From NCBI GenBank assembly GCA_963693365.1, contig CAVNZM010000010.1:5457794-5521793 (forward strand): DNA of 64,000 bases. The letters run 5' to 3'. The notes below the pieces were generated by a model. It worked only from the letters and a program-made list of their open reading frames with translations, made no database searches and was not told the DNA's origin. Of this stretch, positions 1 through 23,823 are shown one piece after another. Source of the DNA: Amoebidium appalachense. Lineage: Eukaryota; Protista; Ichthyosporea. Each line of letters starts with the position of its first letter. Within the stretch, counting starts at the first letter, position 1. A program made the position numbers and the translations under genes.

Positions 1-136
1 CAGCAACTCCCGTGCAATATTTATGAGAAACCAAAACAGAGGGAATACAGCTGTTGCAGTGTTCGGTGGATATGTGTAGTGTGGTCGGATGGGAACCGGA
101 GAGGTATATCTTGGCAAGCAGGGGGGGGGAAGAAAA

Positions 137-167
<31 letters not shown>

Positions 168-319
168 TGACGACAACAATGGAAATGGACGTGAATGAAA
201 TCTAAGATTAGTTGGTTTCAAAGACTTCCTTAAGATTGCCTCGACTGCAATGAAGACATCCAGACAACCATGGCAGCAAAACAAGGACGTCAGACACCAG
301 GATCTCAAAGTTTGGGTAC

Positions 320-769
320 CTTTCCGGAGTCGATGTACTTGTAAAGAGAGTACTCAACACCACGCTCCGGTGAATCGTGATCGTGGCTGTGACCTAGGGC
401 AACAAGGGGATCCATCAGTAGGAGTGGACGTGGTGGTGGTAAAGAGCTTGAGTCAAGCAAGCCCCTTTCCCCTCCCCTCCCCCTTCCCCTCCCCTTCCCA
501 CCCCGCTACCCCTTTAAACCCACGACCACATCGGATGTATTTCCCTCGCCCCTTACTAACTCCACCCACCCACCCCTCACGCTCTGCCTCTCTCCCTTTC
601 TCTCTCCCCTTCTGGCCCTTCTCTCTTTCTCTCCCTCTCTTTATCTCCTCCCCTCCCCCCCCCCCTCCCCCCCCTCTCCCCCTTCGCCCGGGAGATGGGA
701 ACAGCGCTCACCGTGGTCGTGGCTGTGGCTGTGACCACACTCGCCTGCCTCACGACTACAGTCGCCCAT
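320..769 (-). CDS. PITHD1: PITH domain-containing protein 1-like, first two coding exons; gene continues beyond the left edge
   Basis: Exons 769-712 and 393-320 with GT-AG boundaries splice in frame to MGDCSREAGECGHSHSHDHGHSHDHDSPERGVEYSLYKYIDSGK. The His-rich N-terminus followed by ERGxxYSLYxxID matches the PITHD1 N-terminus. Confidence 0.8.
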
Positions 770-1346
770 TCTTCCTGCTGGTGGTTGAAAGAAGATGCGG
801 TGGCACACAGAAACTCCGTAGTAATCCTCAGCACTAAGACTTGAAGAAGAAACGTTGTTTCCGTAGTACTTTTTGGCCCCACGAACATCGGCCAGGGCTC
901 AGTGTCTAACGGCGAAACTTTGTCAATAAATTATGCAATAGATGTTAAGCTATAAACTTTTGATATTGTTTAAAACCATAATGCTATAGTTTAAGTGTTG
1001 CATCCGTTTAACTCTATATTAATCATGTACATGGAGTGCCTCATTTACTATTGCGGGGGTGCTGGCTTTCATGTATGTCACCGGTCTGCGCAAACGGGGG
1101 AAGAGAAGGGTGATTCTTATTGTCAAAAGTGAGATGGTAAAGTCTGGTGTAGAGTGATTACTCTTCTATGTAATGTACATGCTAGCTAAGCTGACAGCAA
1201 TAATACCCTAAAGGCACTTTGTTCACACCCAGAAACATCTTTTGGGATTAAAGGTTAAGTTGCTAGGGGATAGCTAGCTAGCTAGTGTTAGGGTTAGGGT
1301 GTAAATAAAGAAAGTAAACGCCGTAGTGCTAGGTGAAACATTAGTC

Positions 1347-8103
<6,757 letters not shown>

Positions 8104-10092
8104 ATAAGGAAAAGCGGCCAGCCTACAACAAAAACACAACAAAAACGTAAAAGGTGTAGTCAATTGAACCGATAAAGAGCCCGACATCCCTCATGGTGGC
8201 CCGATGAATTCGAGTGAGAGAGAGAGGGTTGCACCGTACGTTGATTGAGCCGCAAAACGTTTCCCAAGGATGCAACTTGTGAATGTCACGTACAAGAGAT
8301 TTCCACACATACAGTTACTCTCACCCCCACCGGCACCAAACGAACTTTCTTACATATGTCCATGAGCGACCTTTGCCCAAAACACGTGCCGATTTTTTCC
8401 AAGCATCGACTTGATGAGCCAACCACGTTTTTTGCTTTAACATATGTTGGAAATAATGGTGCTGAAATGGTCCCATTTAGTATATACATATATGGTTCTT
8501 TTTTTTGGGGGGGGGGGGGGGGGGGGGGGGGGGGAGTTTTCTTTCCCGGTTTTGTTTTGCGCAGCGATTGTCACCTGTGGGTTGCATAGTTGAATCACCT
8601 TTTGGATGATGATTGGATAGACGGCCCAGTGGCACGGGACGAAGAGATATTTATAGTTCTAGGAAGTTTTTATAGAATCATTTTAGTACACGGAGACATG
8701 TCTTCAAATACGTGCTTTGGCCCGAGAATAATGATTAATGGTGGGCCAAAGTGTGGGTGCGAGGGGGTTGTGGTGTGTGCAATGCCATGATGAGTGTGTG
8801 TGCGCACTGGCTGGACCGGTGCAACATGTGAGTTTTTTTTTTTTCTTCTATTGACTCGGTTTTATTGATTCGTTGATGAAGGGAACGTGCAGCCACAGGC
8901 TACGTATACATAACCACCAATAGAACTGAAAAAGCCAAAGCTACGAAATAAAAATAAAGCGACAAGTGATAAAGGACACCAGCGGGCAAAACCTTAAGTG
9001 TACGTGTATGTGTGAAACTAGTTTGCTCCAACTAGTCATATGCATCGATGTTGACCAGACCACACTCCGCAAGAAGACATCATTACTGCTGCTTCCCAAC
9101 AGCCCCCCTCAAAACCTACCGAGGCACAGCAAGCAAGTCAGCCTCTAAAAGAGCAATGCAGACCAAATCTGAGCTAAAAAACAATCCCAACGGGCCCGGC
9201 CCCTAGATAACCCGGAGAACTCAGGCTGCATCTACCTCTCTGATAAGGTGGCCTAGTTGTGGCAGGACACACAGAAAAACACAATTACAGAATGCATGCA
9301 AGCAAACCCGGTCATTGCCATACGACTGGAGGCTAAGGACTGGCAGTCACTTGGAAAGCTCCCCGACGACCAAGTAACCGCCCCTCCACTCACGCAGCGC
9401 AGAAGTAGCTGAAGAAGTTGCAGCAGCCCACCGTTGCAGCAGCCCACCGCCGATAGGTCGCGTAGAAGCGTAGACAGTGTAGAAGTTACCATAGGTTGCA
9501 GTGGACCACCAGGTGTTGAAGAAACCACTTCTCAAGCGAGAAACTCCGCGAAAGGGAGATGCCCCCACACTCTCACAGCAGTAGGAATACACCAGGCCAC
9601 ACCACACACATGATGCAGCCACGTTCCCCTGAGTGGGACTCCCTCCCACCACAAAAAGAAGAAACGAAAGCCTTTATATACCTGCCATGGTGAAGAATCG
9701 GGGAAAAAAGTTGACGTGACAGCTAAGAGATCGAAGTGAAAGTGAAGTCCTTCTGGATTCGGAACTAAATTACATGAGATAGTGCATAGTAATAAACGTA
9801 CAATACCAAAATTTCAACATATAGAGCGGCACCGCTTGTGTTTTCGACAGCAACAAAATAAAACATGTTTACAGAAGGTTTACAGAGCGCTGATGCAACC
9901 ATTCTCCCGTGGTCATGCATATGCCCGGCCCAAGTTCAAGCCCCGTCCATGTAGAAGCCACATGCTTTGAGGGCCAGAGGGGGGGGGGGGGAGAGGGGGG
10001 AGGGGGGATATGATAAAAAGTCAAAAAAAAAAAAAAACGGGAACCAATTCGTGGTAACCATGGAGACTGTGCATACATGCTTCCCCCTGAAA

Positions 10093-10194
10093 CAATAATT
10101 CTGCTTTCTACGGAATAAACTCGCCAAAACAGAATAATTCTGCCAATTTTTTTTAAAGAGGAGGCTCAGAATCCTACTTTTGCAGAATAATTCT

Positions 10195-10238
<44 letters not shown>

Positions 10239-10595
10239 AATAATAATTCTGCTTTTACAGAAAAAATCTGCTTCTCAAGCTGGCAGAATGATTCTACTTG
10301 GGCCAGGCTGAATTACTCCGCCAGAGCAGAATAACTCAACAAGTTTTTTTTTAAGTCACACAAGTGCTAATAATAGAATAATTCTGCTAATAGCAGAATA
10401 ATTCTTCTAAAATTAGAGTTAGTATTCTGCAAATTTAAAAGCACAATCAATGTATTCAGAATCTGCTAAAAGCAAGTTTATTTCCTGCCTTTAGCAGAAT
10501 TTTGCAGTCTGCTTTTTGCACGTAAATATGTTTTGGGCGGAATCTATATTTTGTTTTTTGAAGAACCATTCTGTTTTTTTGCGGGAAATTTCTGC
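10093..10595. repeat. Array of about 19 degenerate copies of the palindrome GCAGAATWATTCTGC
   Basis: Examples: cagaataattctgc 10130, gcagaataattcttc 10182 and 10393, gcagaatgattctac 10283, gcagaataactcaac 10326, agaataattctgc 10375, gcgggaaatttctgc 10581, separated by variable spacers. Confidence 0.8.
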
Positions 10596-10661
10596 CCATA
10601 TATAGCAAGTCGACATTTCCGATGTGGTTGGACCCTACGTGCATGCACGTACATGTGTACG

Positions 10662-10772
<111 letters not shown>

Positions 10773-10958
10773 ATTTTTTTTAATTTATCCCGTTTCACTC
10801 CCAGCGAGGCACTGCCTCAGAGGAGCTTACCGTCTTCCGCCTAGACACAGATCGTACTGTATAGTAGCACAACTATAGGTCAGGATTCTAAATCGACCCC
10901 AACTGGCACTATTTTTAGCTACCTGCAGGTGCATGTACGTACATGCCTTTGTGTATAC

Positions 10959-11049
<91 letters not shown>

Positions 11050-11194
11050 GTGCGTGTGTGCGTGCGTGCGTGCGTGTGTGCGTGTGTGCGTGTGTGCGTG
11101 TGTGCGTGTGTGCGTGTGTGCGTGTTTGTGTGTACGTGTGTGTACGTGGGCGTGTAACTGATGTGTGTGTGACACGTGCGTGCGTGCGTGTGTG

Positions 11195-11235
<41 letters not shown>

Positions 11236-11872
11236 CACTGTGTGTGTGTGTGGTAGACTAAGTGCGCGTGTGTGCTGCACGTGCACACGTGCACGTGCAC
11301 GGTGCGCGCTGCACGTCAGGCAACTTGGGTGCACCGGTGACTCAGTGAGAGCTTCGATTCAGATGCATGCTCACGCGGCGCTCTTCCGGGAAGCTTTCGA
11401 ACTCAAAAATACAAATTGCTGTTGGAAATAGTAGCCGCACTTGTGTAACATACAGGTATCTTCAAATGTTTCATGTACTTACCAGCACTGTCGACGGTAT
11501 GTATACTATTTGTAAAGTATTCAATCAAAAGTGTACATTACACGTGCTGCGGGATCTAATTGGGCGCCATTTTTGAACCAACTTAGTGGCTTGCCAAATT
11601 AGGCAGCAAGCTGCTCGCACCCGTATCCAAAGCGAATTCCTATTGGATCGGGACGCAGCAATAAGGACATGAGAGCGCCCGGCTAGCAGATCCAAAGGCG
11701 ATTGCTGATTGGCTAACATCTTAACCTCAAGCCGCAGAGCTCTTAGGAATGTAGCTTTAAGCTCTTCTATTGGTTATATGTCATGAAGGCGGCTCCGGCA
11801 AGCTTTTTGGTTCACATCAACAACGTTCCAATACTCGTGTCGGCGGCCCCGACGGGCGGGACTGACTGAGCA

Positions 11873-12230
11873 GCTTCGCGTTGATCTAAATATCTAAATA
11901 TCTAGATTGTTAAATTTACGTATAAAACTTCTGCAATCCAAGCAATCTGTTAAAGGTTTAAAGTTTACATAAAATCAAGACTCGATTTCGACCCTCTTCC
12001 AGATACTGGAAGAGGGGGGGGGTCTTCGGGATGTTCAGGATGAGACGATTGGTCCTTGGAACTCGCCGAAATTCTTTTATCCAATATAATTGCGATTTAC
12101 GATCTAGATAATTCAGTTTCTAAGCTGCTCTACGCGAATCGAGCAGACTTTTAGATATTTAGAGAACGGCATTGGTCACGGAAGTTCTCTAAATTCGCCG
12201 AGTAATTAGATATTTAGATCAACGCGAAGC
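11873..12230. mobile_element. MITE, 358 bp, with perfect 25-bp TIRs
   Basis: GCTTCGCGTTGATCTAAATATCTAA (11873-11897) is the exact reverse complement of 12206-12230. Near-direct flanking repeats gactgactgag / gactcactgag; internal hairpin CCCTCTTCCAG-ATA-CTGGAAGAGGG at about 11992-12016; no ORF. Confidence 0.85.
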
Positions 12231-12553
12231 GACTCACTGAGTCACGACCGGAGCTCTCGCAAGCTCCGGTCAGTGCGGAAAGTCTTTTACTATCTCTGAC
12301 TCTCGAGAGCGTGAGCTGTGAACACTGTGGGGGTTTGCCGAGAGTGTGTGGTATTATCGAGAAGTTATAAAGTGGTTTAAAAGGAGAGAAGGAAAGGACG
12401 AAGAGGGTGAAAAGAGGCGCAAAAAAGGAAGGGGGGTTAGTTGTACGTTTCTTTTTTGCGGGACCAACAGATACTTCGGCTCTTCCGTGTTCTTAGACTA
12501 CTTATAAGGTCTTCTTCACTTGTTTCATGCATTCCATCACAACCAACCACAGA

Positions 12554-14385
<1,832 letters not shown>

Positions 14386-15286
14386 TTTTTAAAAATTAAA
14401 TTTTATTTTAATTTACTTACTACACAGATAGTATGTTACAAAAGATAAGTGCCAACTATAATATTTTACACTCCGCAAACCAAAGAACTTTTTTTTCCAT
14501 CGTATGCTGCGTACTTTTATGACACCTATGGGTGGTTATACAGTTTATAAATTGTTAATTTTTAAACCACGCAGACACTCTTCGAAGCTTCTTGTTCTTG
14601 TGGTCGAATTTAGATGAAGTCGGTCTGGCTTCTTTATATCGATGGGTTCGTTCTCTAAATTTGTGCATAGACGAAAAATGCACCACGGGCCAATAGAATT
14701 TGTAGTATACAACTTATATTTGCTAACACCTTTGTCTAAAAATGGTTTTGGGGCCGCTGTATGTTAGGCTAAAACGTCTGTAGGGGCCAGAGAAGTGGAA
14801 ATGGGACTCGGTGCTCGGGTGCAGAAATGGTGAGGTTTATAAGTTAACCATGTATTGTAGTTATATCTCGGGCAGGCTGAGCAAATATTCTTCGGTTTAC
14901 CACCAGCTGTATGTATGTCTGAAGTGCCTAGGAGAGTGTTTCTCGGTGCCGGAGTAGTTTGCTGAAAGTTTACTAAGGCATCTGTGATGCTAAGTGAAAG
15001 GAGTCTGGCTATAGGAAGACCGTGTGAAGGGGGCACTGGCCCCCCGCTGTTTGGTAAATATAATACGTACACGAAACACGTGAGGCTCTGAGCGAGATTG
15101 CTAATAAGTTGAGATGCCAGTGAGTTGTGTGGTTTTTCTTTTATATCCGGTAAAGTGTACACTTCAAGACATGCAATTTGCATGCCTACAGTCGGATTGT
15201 GCGCCCACGTCGTACAGTACCCATGTTTATTGCAGTTGACAGACAACTCCGTGCAGTACACACACAAACACACACACACACACACA

Positions 15287-15324
<38 letters not shown>

Positions 15325-15897
15325 TTGCCCTCTGCAGCGTACGTATTAGAATGCTCGTGGAGTCCGTCTTGGCTGCTAATGTTAACGTTCGCCACGTTCA
15401 CCACGCAAATAGTCCTACATATTCAGTGTACTCGAGCTCGCTCCACCAATCATTCTGGGCCACTGACGATGTTCGACGTAGTATGTATCTAAATACCGGT
15501 ATATCGTATTTTTAAAATAGTGGCTATAGCCCAGCCTCAGTCCTTGTCCCTGGGGCAGGAAGGGATGGCGCAAGTGCGCATGTGTATGTTTGTGTGCGGG
15601 TGTGTGGGGGGGTGGGGGGTGGGGGGTGGGTAGGTGGGTGGGCGGGTGTGGGGGGGAGGGGGGGGGGGGGGGGTTGGAGAGGAAAGGGGGGAGGGGGGGG
15701 GGGATGGGGGGGATGGTTGGAGAGATGAAACCCAGGAACCCAAAGGACAGGAAAAGTACAAGAAACCAATACCGAAACCAAAAACACACGTTCAACCAAA
15801 TGTGACATACTCATGGAGTGCACCCATCTGTACTTGAACGAGTACGTAGGTTTCCAGCTAACAGTGCGTGTTGCATGGGAATTTTCATCGGCGGGTC

Positions 15898-15931
<34 letters not shown>

Positions 15932-17065
15932 ACCCACACACACACACACACACCACCACCACCAGCACCACCACATGGCCACACACACAGAGGCAGGACA
16001 AATTTCACGACTCATACGGGGGCCGGGCAACCATATTCCGTTTTTTTTTTTTGTTTTTTTTTTGTTAACGATTTTCAGTTGGTGGCCATGGTGGCGTGAC
16101 TGTGGTTGCGCGCACGTACATGTCTGTGTATGTGTCTATGTGTGTGGTGGTTTTTTTTTTTTTTTTTTTTTTTTTGGGGGGGGGGGGGGGGGAGGGGGAA
16201 GCAGGGGGAGTTGGGAGGGGGAGGGATGAAGGGGGGATGGACACCCATGTGCATGCAACGTCCATGAACTCAAAAGTTTATTGATCATCCATCGTCCGTA
16301 GCTGCAGTGCCCCTTTTCAGACGCTTTTTTCCACCAAAATACAAACCTGCCATGCAGACTAAACTAAACGTACGTACACCACATATGCATGTTTCATGGA
16401 CCTCGGTACATAACACATGTCGAACTGCTTAGGCCTTTTTTTTTTTTTTTTTTTTTTAACCGCGCGCAATAATTCCATGATGTTGTACAACCGGTAACAT
16501 ATGGCATTTTTAGTGTTGTAAGTAAAAATAACCCCGGTGGTCTGAATGATTCCGAGTATGCGTTTAAGACACTTCGACAAAGGAATCTGCAGGAAAAAAC
16601 TACCGAACTTACTTTACTACACAATCATGAACAGAAAGGGGCCGTGGCCAGAGGTAGAAAGAAGTGAAGGGCCGGTAAAGTAACCGGGTGAAATGCAAAA
16701 TAAAAAATAAAAAAAGAAAAGAAAAGAAAAGAAAAGCCTGAAGAAAGAAAGAAAAGAAAAAAGAAAAAAAGGGGTGAATGATTGGAGTAGAGAGAGAAAA
16801 AAATTGGCCACCATAAACTCCGCAGGAAATCGTAACCGTTGCAGGTACGAAACGGATGACATCAAACCAATTATAGCCCTACATCATAGAAAGAAGAAAC
16901 AAAAAGTGAAGAATGAGGTAAATTTTATATCCAAACCCACCGGTACCAAGAGAAGGAAAACACTTTACACCACAGTAGCAAAGCCATACCACACACATAT
17001 GGGTTTCACCCTCGCATAGCCCAAAAAGTGCACTTTCTAAAGGAAACCACGCAAGATTCAACCTT

Positions 17066-19082
<2,017 letters not shown>

Positions 19083-20389
19083 TTTCAGTCGCCTCAAAAA
19101 ACTCGATTCACCAATGCTACTTCTGAATGTCCTCAGCCTACCCTCTTTCAACCTGATTCTTCCTCTCGCTATCTCACTCCCTCTTTCTTTTCTCTTCCTG
19201 TTTTTTCTGCCTTTTCGCGTTATTACCATACGCAGTATAAGTTTCTTTCTCGTTCTGATAGAGAAATCAAAGGTAAAACTCAGTCGGCATGTGTTATGTT
19301 CCTTAGGCAACACCGTACTGATCATTATCGCTTTTTGGGAGCTTTGGCAGCATACATTTCTCCTGCTGTACGTATGGATACCACCCCGGTAGTAGATAAG
19401 TCTGTATGGTGCTCTGATGTTGATATTGCCTGGGAAGTTGTGCAGTGGCGCTGTAATTCTTGTTTTCATCGCCGCTGGTGCCACTTTTGTGCTGAACTTT
19501 TTAATCGCAAGCATGTTGATAGGTGTGAGTTTTTATGTCGCGTTTTACCTCTTTCCCTACGGATGTCTGCTACACTAGCTGGCAATGTGAACACTTAAGA
19601 CTTTTTGTTGAATTCTGTTGGTCATCACATTGAGTATTTATATGATTTTCACACAGTGTTCAGGTATCTCAGTATGCACTTGTTACTGGATAACTCGTGA
19701 AGTTTTAATTGTCTTCTCAGTATGCCGTGCATACTTGCATATCTTTCCGTCGAATAAATCCAGTCAAAAGAAGGAAAAAAAACTAGAACGAAAGAGGTTT
19801 TTTTTGAGGGGAGGTTGAAAAGTGTGTTGAATGAACAGTCGTCACTGAGTCGTGCTTTGTTGATCAGGAAAGCATTTACCGCGCTCATTGTGTGTTACCC
19901 AAAATGGTCAAAGAGGTTTGATTCATTATACGATTGGTTATTATGGTTGTAGCCAATCGTAATTCACCACAACAAAAGCATTTATTACCGGGATTTTGAT
20001 ACGCTACGTCATTCCAATTCCAACGTGATAGCGGCGGCGTGGGGCAGTGAAACATCATGACCAGCCAAGTTGAGCCAACAAAGCTGCAACGATATTTATT
20101 GGGAGAATTTTTGGTTGTTTTTAGTGAAAATGGTGTGAGCACCACAGTTTAATGTTCTACAAAATAGGACTGCAACATGTGCTATTGTACCTTGTAGACG
20201 TGTGTGCAAAATCTACAGACTTGGCTCTTTTCGGAAGTTTACGCCTTGAGCCATTCACTGACATACATCCAATAGGTTATCACGGAACTCTAACCAATCA
20301 TGGGCCAGCACTACTGTATCCATATCCAGCGTCCACAGGACATCGTAGAAGGCACCTCTAGATCCAGGGGGTTGCGATCAGCGCTACGG

Positions 20390-20761
20390 ACACGATAGTT
20401 ACAATTTTGGATAGCTCTCGTCACGGGCATCTTTTTTGGCGAAATCTTTATTATTAAAAAGTAATGACGTCACAAGCCCCAAAATGACGTCACTACTGCG
20501 TCACTGTTGCTAAAAATAGTAACACACGGTTTCTAACTGCCATATATGGTAGTTCCGCAAAAATTTGAGTACTTTACATTTTCAGACCGTGCTGCTGCAC
20601 ATTACAATGTGTGACAATAGACATGTGTATGAGAAGAAAGACGACGTGGAAAAAGCAGTCTTTAGGTTTTTTATGAGACCCAACTCTTCAGGGCTGTATA
20701 CGGCACGGCTCGGATTCTTGGGCTGCAGTTCGATCCTGGCCGTGACGATAATTTTTTTTTT

Positions 20762-20801
<40 letters not shown>

Positions 20802-21125
20802 AAACTCCAAGAATATCACACGACAGCTCTCGTCGAGATATGTCGATTGCACTAAGAAACGTCTAAAGTTTATATGTGAGTATTCGAGAAACACGCTTGC
20901 AAAATCGATGACGTCACAAGCCCCCTAAATGGTCCGAAAATTTTCTTAATGAGAAAAAAATTGCAGTTTTAATTTTTTTTTCACGTTTCGAGACGTCAGT
21001 TTGTAGCCCTCATCGAAAAATGTGTCTTTTACCCGAACTGGATAGACTGCGGGTAAGTTATTGGATCGCAAAATTTATAAGATCTATTTTTCCGGATGGG
21101 TCAATCTTTCCCATACAAGGTGACA
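20390..21125. mobile_element. Probable DNA-transposon remnant with repeated subterminal-type motifs
   Basis: Repeated GAYAGCTCTCGTC (about 20410, 20822; variant at 21003) and TGACGTCACAAGCCCC (20465, 20909). Microsatellite-poor block between divergent genes. No TIR pair or TSD identified. Confidence 0.4.
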
Positions 21126-21374
21126 CGCGTGATCACGCGACGAGGCCCAGCGGCTACAGGCACGGAGGGCCGTGCTACAGGGCGGTTGGTCGCGTCACTC
21201 GGTCCTTAGACAGCTGTGAAGTCACACCTCAATTGATCAAATGGTGAGCTGGGTCGGAGCTCAGAAGTCAGGATACGGTTTACAACGAATAAAATAGTTC
21301 AAAGTGGCCTAGCAGTAGCGTAACTTGTGAGCTATAGACGCTGTGTTACAAAAAAAATTGCATCTGTCATCAAT

Positions 21375-21585
21375 ATGGCTACTCTGGAGGTATGTGTGTG
21401 TGTGTTGGTTCTCACAGCATTGAAGTAACTGGATGTGCACCCGTGCACTGCTTGTCTCCCCCCCCCCCCCCCCCCCCCCCGCGCTCCACTAACCCCTCCC
21501 CCCCCCCCAACCTTTTCGGTTCCGTGTTCAACTTTACTGTCAGGAGAATATAAGTGTTTTCATTTGACCATTTGCTTGTCCCCCC

Positions 21586-21619
<34 letters not shown>

Positions 21620-22089
21620 AGGCCGTCGCTGCCGTTCTCCCCTTCTTTTTTCCGTACACATCCTATATACCTGCAATGTGCCCGGAAACTTCTCCACCCA
21701 CATTCTCCTATACCCTCCCTGCCGCCTCGTGTTGTTCCTTACTGGCACCCTCCCTCCGGCTACCCCCCCCCCCTCTCCCCCTCCCTCCCTCCCTCCCTCC
21801 CTCATCTCCCCCCCTCCCTCCCTCCCTCCCTTCCCTTCCTTTCCTTTTCACCCCCCTCTTGCCCCCCCCCCCCCCCCCCCCCGTTTTTCACCCACCCACC
21901 CACCCTTCCTTGCTCCCCCCCCCCCCCCCCCCCCCCCACGCTCAGATCATTCTTGCACTTGCATGTTCTCTGCAAGTACACTACTGCATTCAACATGCCC
22001 TCCCTCCACCTTTCCCCCTGCTTTCTCCTTCATCCTCTCTCCCCCCCTCTCTTTCTCTCCCCTCCCCTCCCCCTTCCCCCCGCCCCGCC

Positions 22090-22140
<51 letters not shown>

Positions 22141-22184
22141 CCCCCCCCCCCTCTCCCCATCTCCTTCTCCCTCTCTCGCTCCCC

Positions 22185-22223
<39 letters not shown>

Positions 22224-23196
22224 CCCCTCCCCCCCCCCCCCCTCTCTCTCTCTCCCCTTCTCTCTCTCTCTCCCCCCTCCCTCCCTCCCTCCCTCCCTCC
22301 CTCCCTCCCTCCCTCCCTCCCTCCTTCCCTCCCTCCCTCCTTCCTTCCCTCCCTCTCTCCCTCCCTCCCCCTCCTTCCCTCCCTCCCTCCCTCCCTCTCT
22401 CTCTGTCTCTCTGTCCATGTCTCGCTATTCTACCCCCCTGCCCCCCCCCCCCCTCCCCCCTGTCTCTCACCCTATCTAACTCTCCCCCCTCCCTTCCTCC
22501 TCTCCAACCCCCTCTCCCTCTTTTTTTCTCTCCCCCTCGCACTCCCTCTCTCCCTCTCTTCCTCCCTTCCTCTCTCCCTGACCCCTTCCCCCCCCCCCCC
22601 CCCCCCACCACCACCACCACCACCGCCTGCCTCTCTGGGTCTCCCTCCCTCCCTCCCTGCCTCCCTCTCTTGCACTCTCTCCGTCTCCCTCCCCCCATCT
22701 CTCCCTCCTTCCCCCTGTTCCCCTCAAGGACCCCTTTTACTATCTTTTCCACCTCGTCCCTTCCGGCTTCAGCCATCCCTCCTCCCATTCTTTCATTTTC
22801 CTCCCTCTCTGCCCTTATGTCTCCGTCCGTTCACTCCAGTCAACCGTTCAGAGCCGAAAAATTCAAAGCTCACACCAACTTCCCCCCCCCCCCCTGCCCA
22901 TGTTTTTCTCTCCCTCCCCTCCCCCCCCCCCCCCCCCCCCTTTCCTCCGTCCCTCCTTTCTCGTTTCCCTCCCTCCCTCCCTCCCCCCTCCCTGCCCTCC
23001 TGCCCCTCTGTGTCCCTCCCACTCCCACCCTCACCCCCCTCCCCTCTACCCCTACTCAACATGCTCGGTGTGATCGTTTTGCATAGAGTTATCTGCCCTG
23101 CATTGTGTGCTTCTGTGTGCTTAGCTTGCACTTCATTTGTGTACTACATCCTCTCCCTTCCCCCCCCCCCCCCCCTCCCCTCCCCCTTCTCCTTTT

Positions 23197-23238
<42 letters not shown>

Positions 23239-23778
23239 GTGTGTTTGGTTGGGGTTGAGGTGGGTTGGGAGCTACACATGTACCCTCCCCCCCCCCCCCC
23301 CCCCCCCCCCAACAAAAAAAAAAAAAAAAAAGAAAGAAAGAAAGAAAGAAAGAAACTGAAGAAGATAAGAGGAAGCCTTCAATTCCATTACCATGCCAAC
23401 TGAAATGAACTGTTCACAGTGTGAAGCAGCAACCAATCATGTGCCCAGCGTCTTCGATTCGTGGCTCGGCAAGCCAATGAGAATAGAGCTGAGTGATGGC
23501 AGGTAAACACACGGACAGTTAATGTGATTAAATTTGTTCCCCCCTTTTTTTTTTTTTTTTTTTTTCTCCCTTCTTTGCTTTTGGTGGTGGTGGTGGTGGG
23601 TGTGGGTGTGGGTGTGGTGTGGGTGTGGTGTGGGTGTGGTTATTGGGTGGTAGTGGTGGTGGTTTTTTTGGTTGTTTGGGGGGGGGGGGAGGGGGGAGCC
23701 TGGGGGGCTGGGGGGGGGTTTGGGCGGCTGGTCTAGCTACTTGTGTGGTTTATTCGTGTGTTTGTGTGTATTTGTGTG

Positions 23779-23823
<45 letters not shown>

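Noticed and set aside
1288-1299. Interstitial telomere
   Set aside because: Only two TTAGGG units.
10093-10595. Palindrome array as a CRISPR array
   Set aside because: Repeats are only 15 bp and degenerate, spacers are short and irregular, there are no cas genes and the context is eukaryotic.
14764-15285. 173-aa minus-strand ORF
   Set aside because: Starts in a GT repeat, has no recognisable motif or splice partner, and lies between convergent genes.
21435-23258. 607-aa and 510-aa Pro/Ser/Leu-rich ORFs (extensin/formin-like look)
   Set aside because: Stop-free only because the DNA is polypyrimidine; all three frames are open; lies inside NAA38 intron 1.
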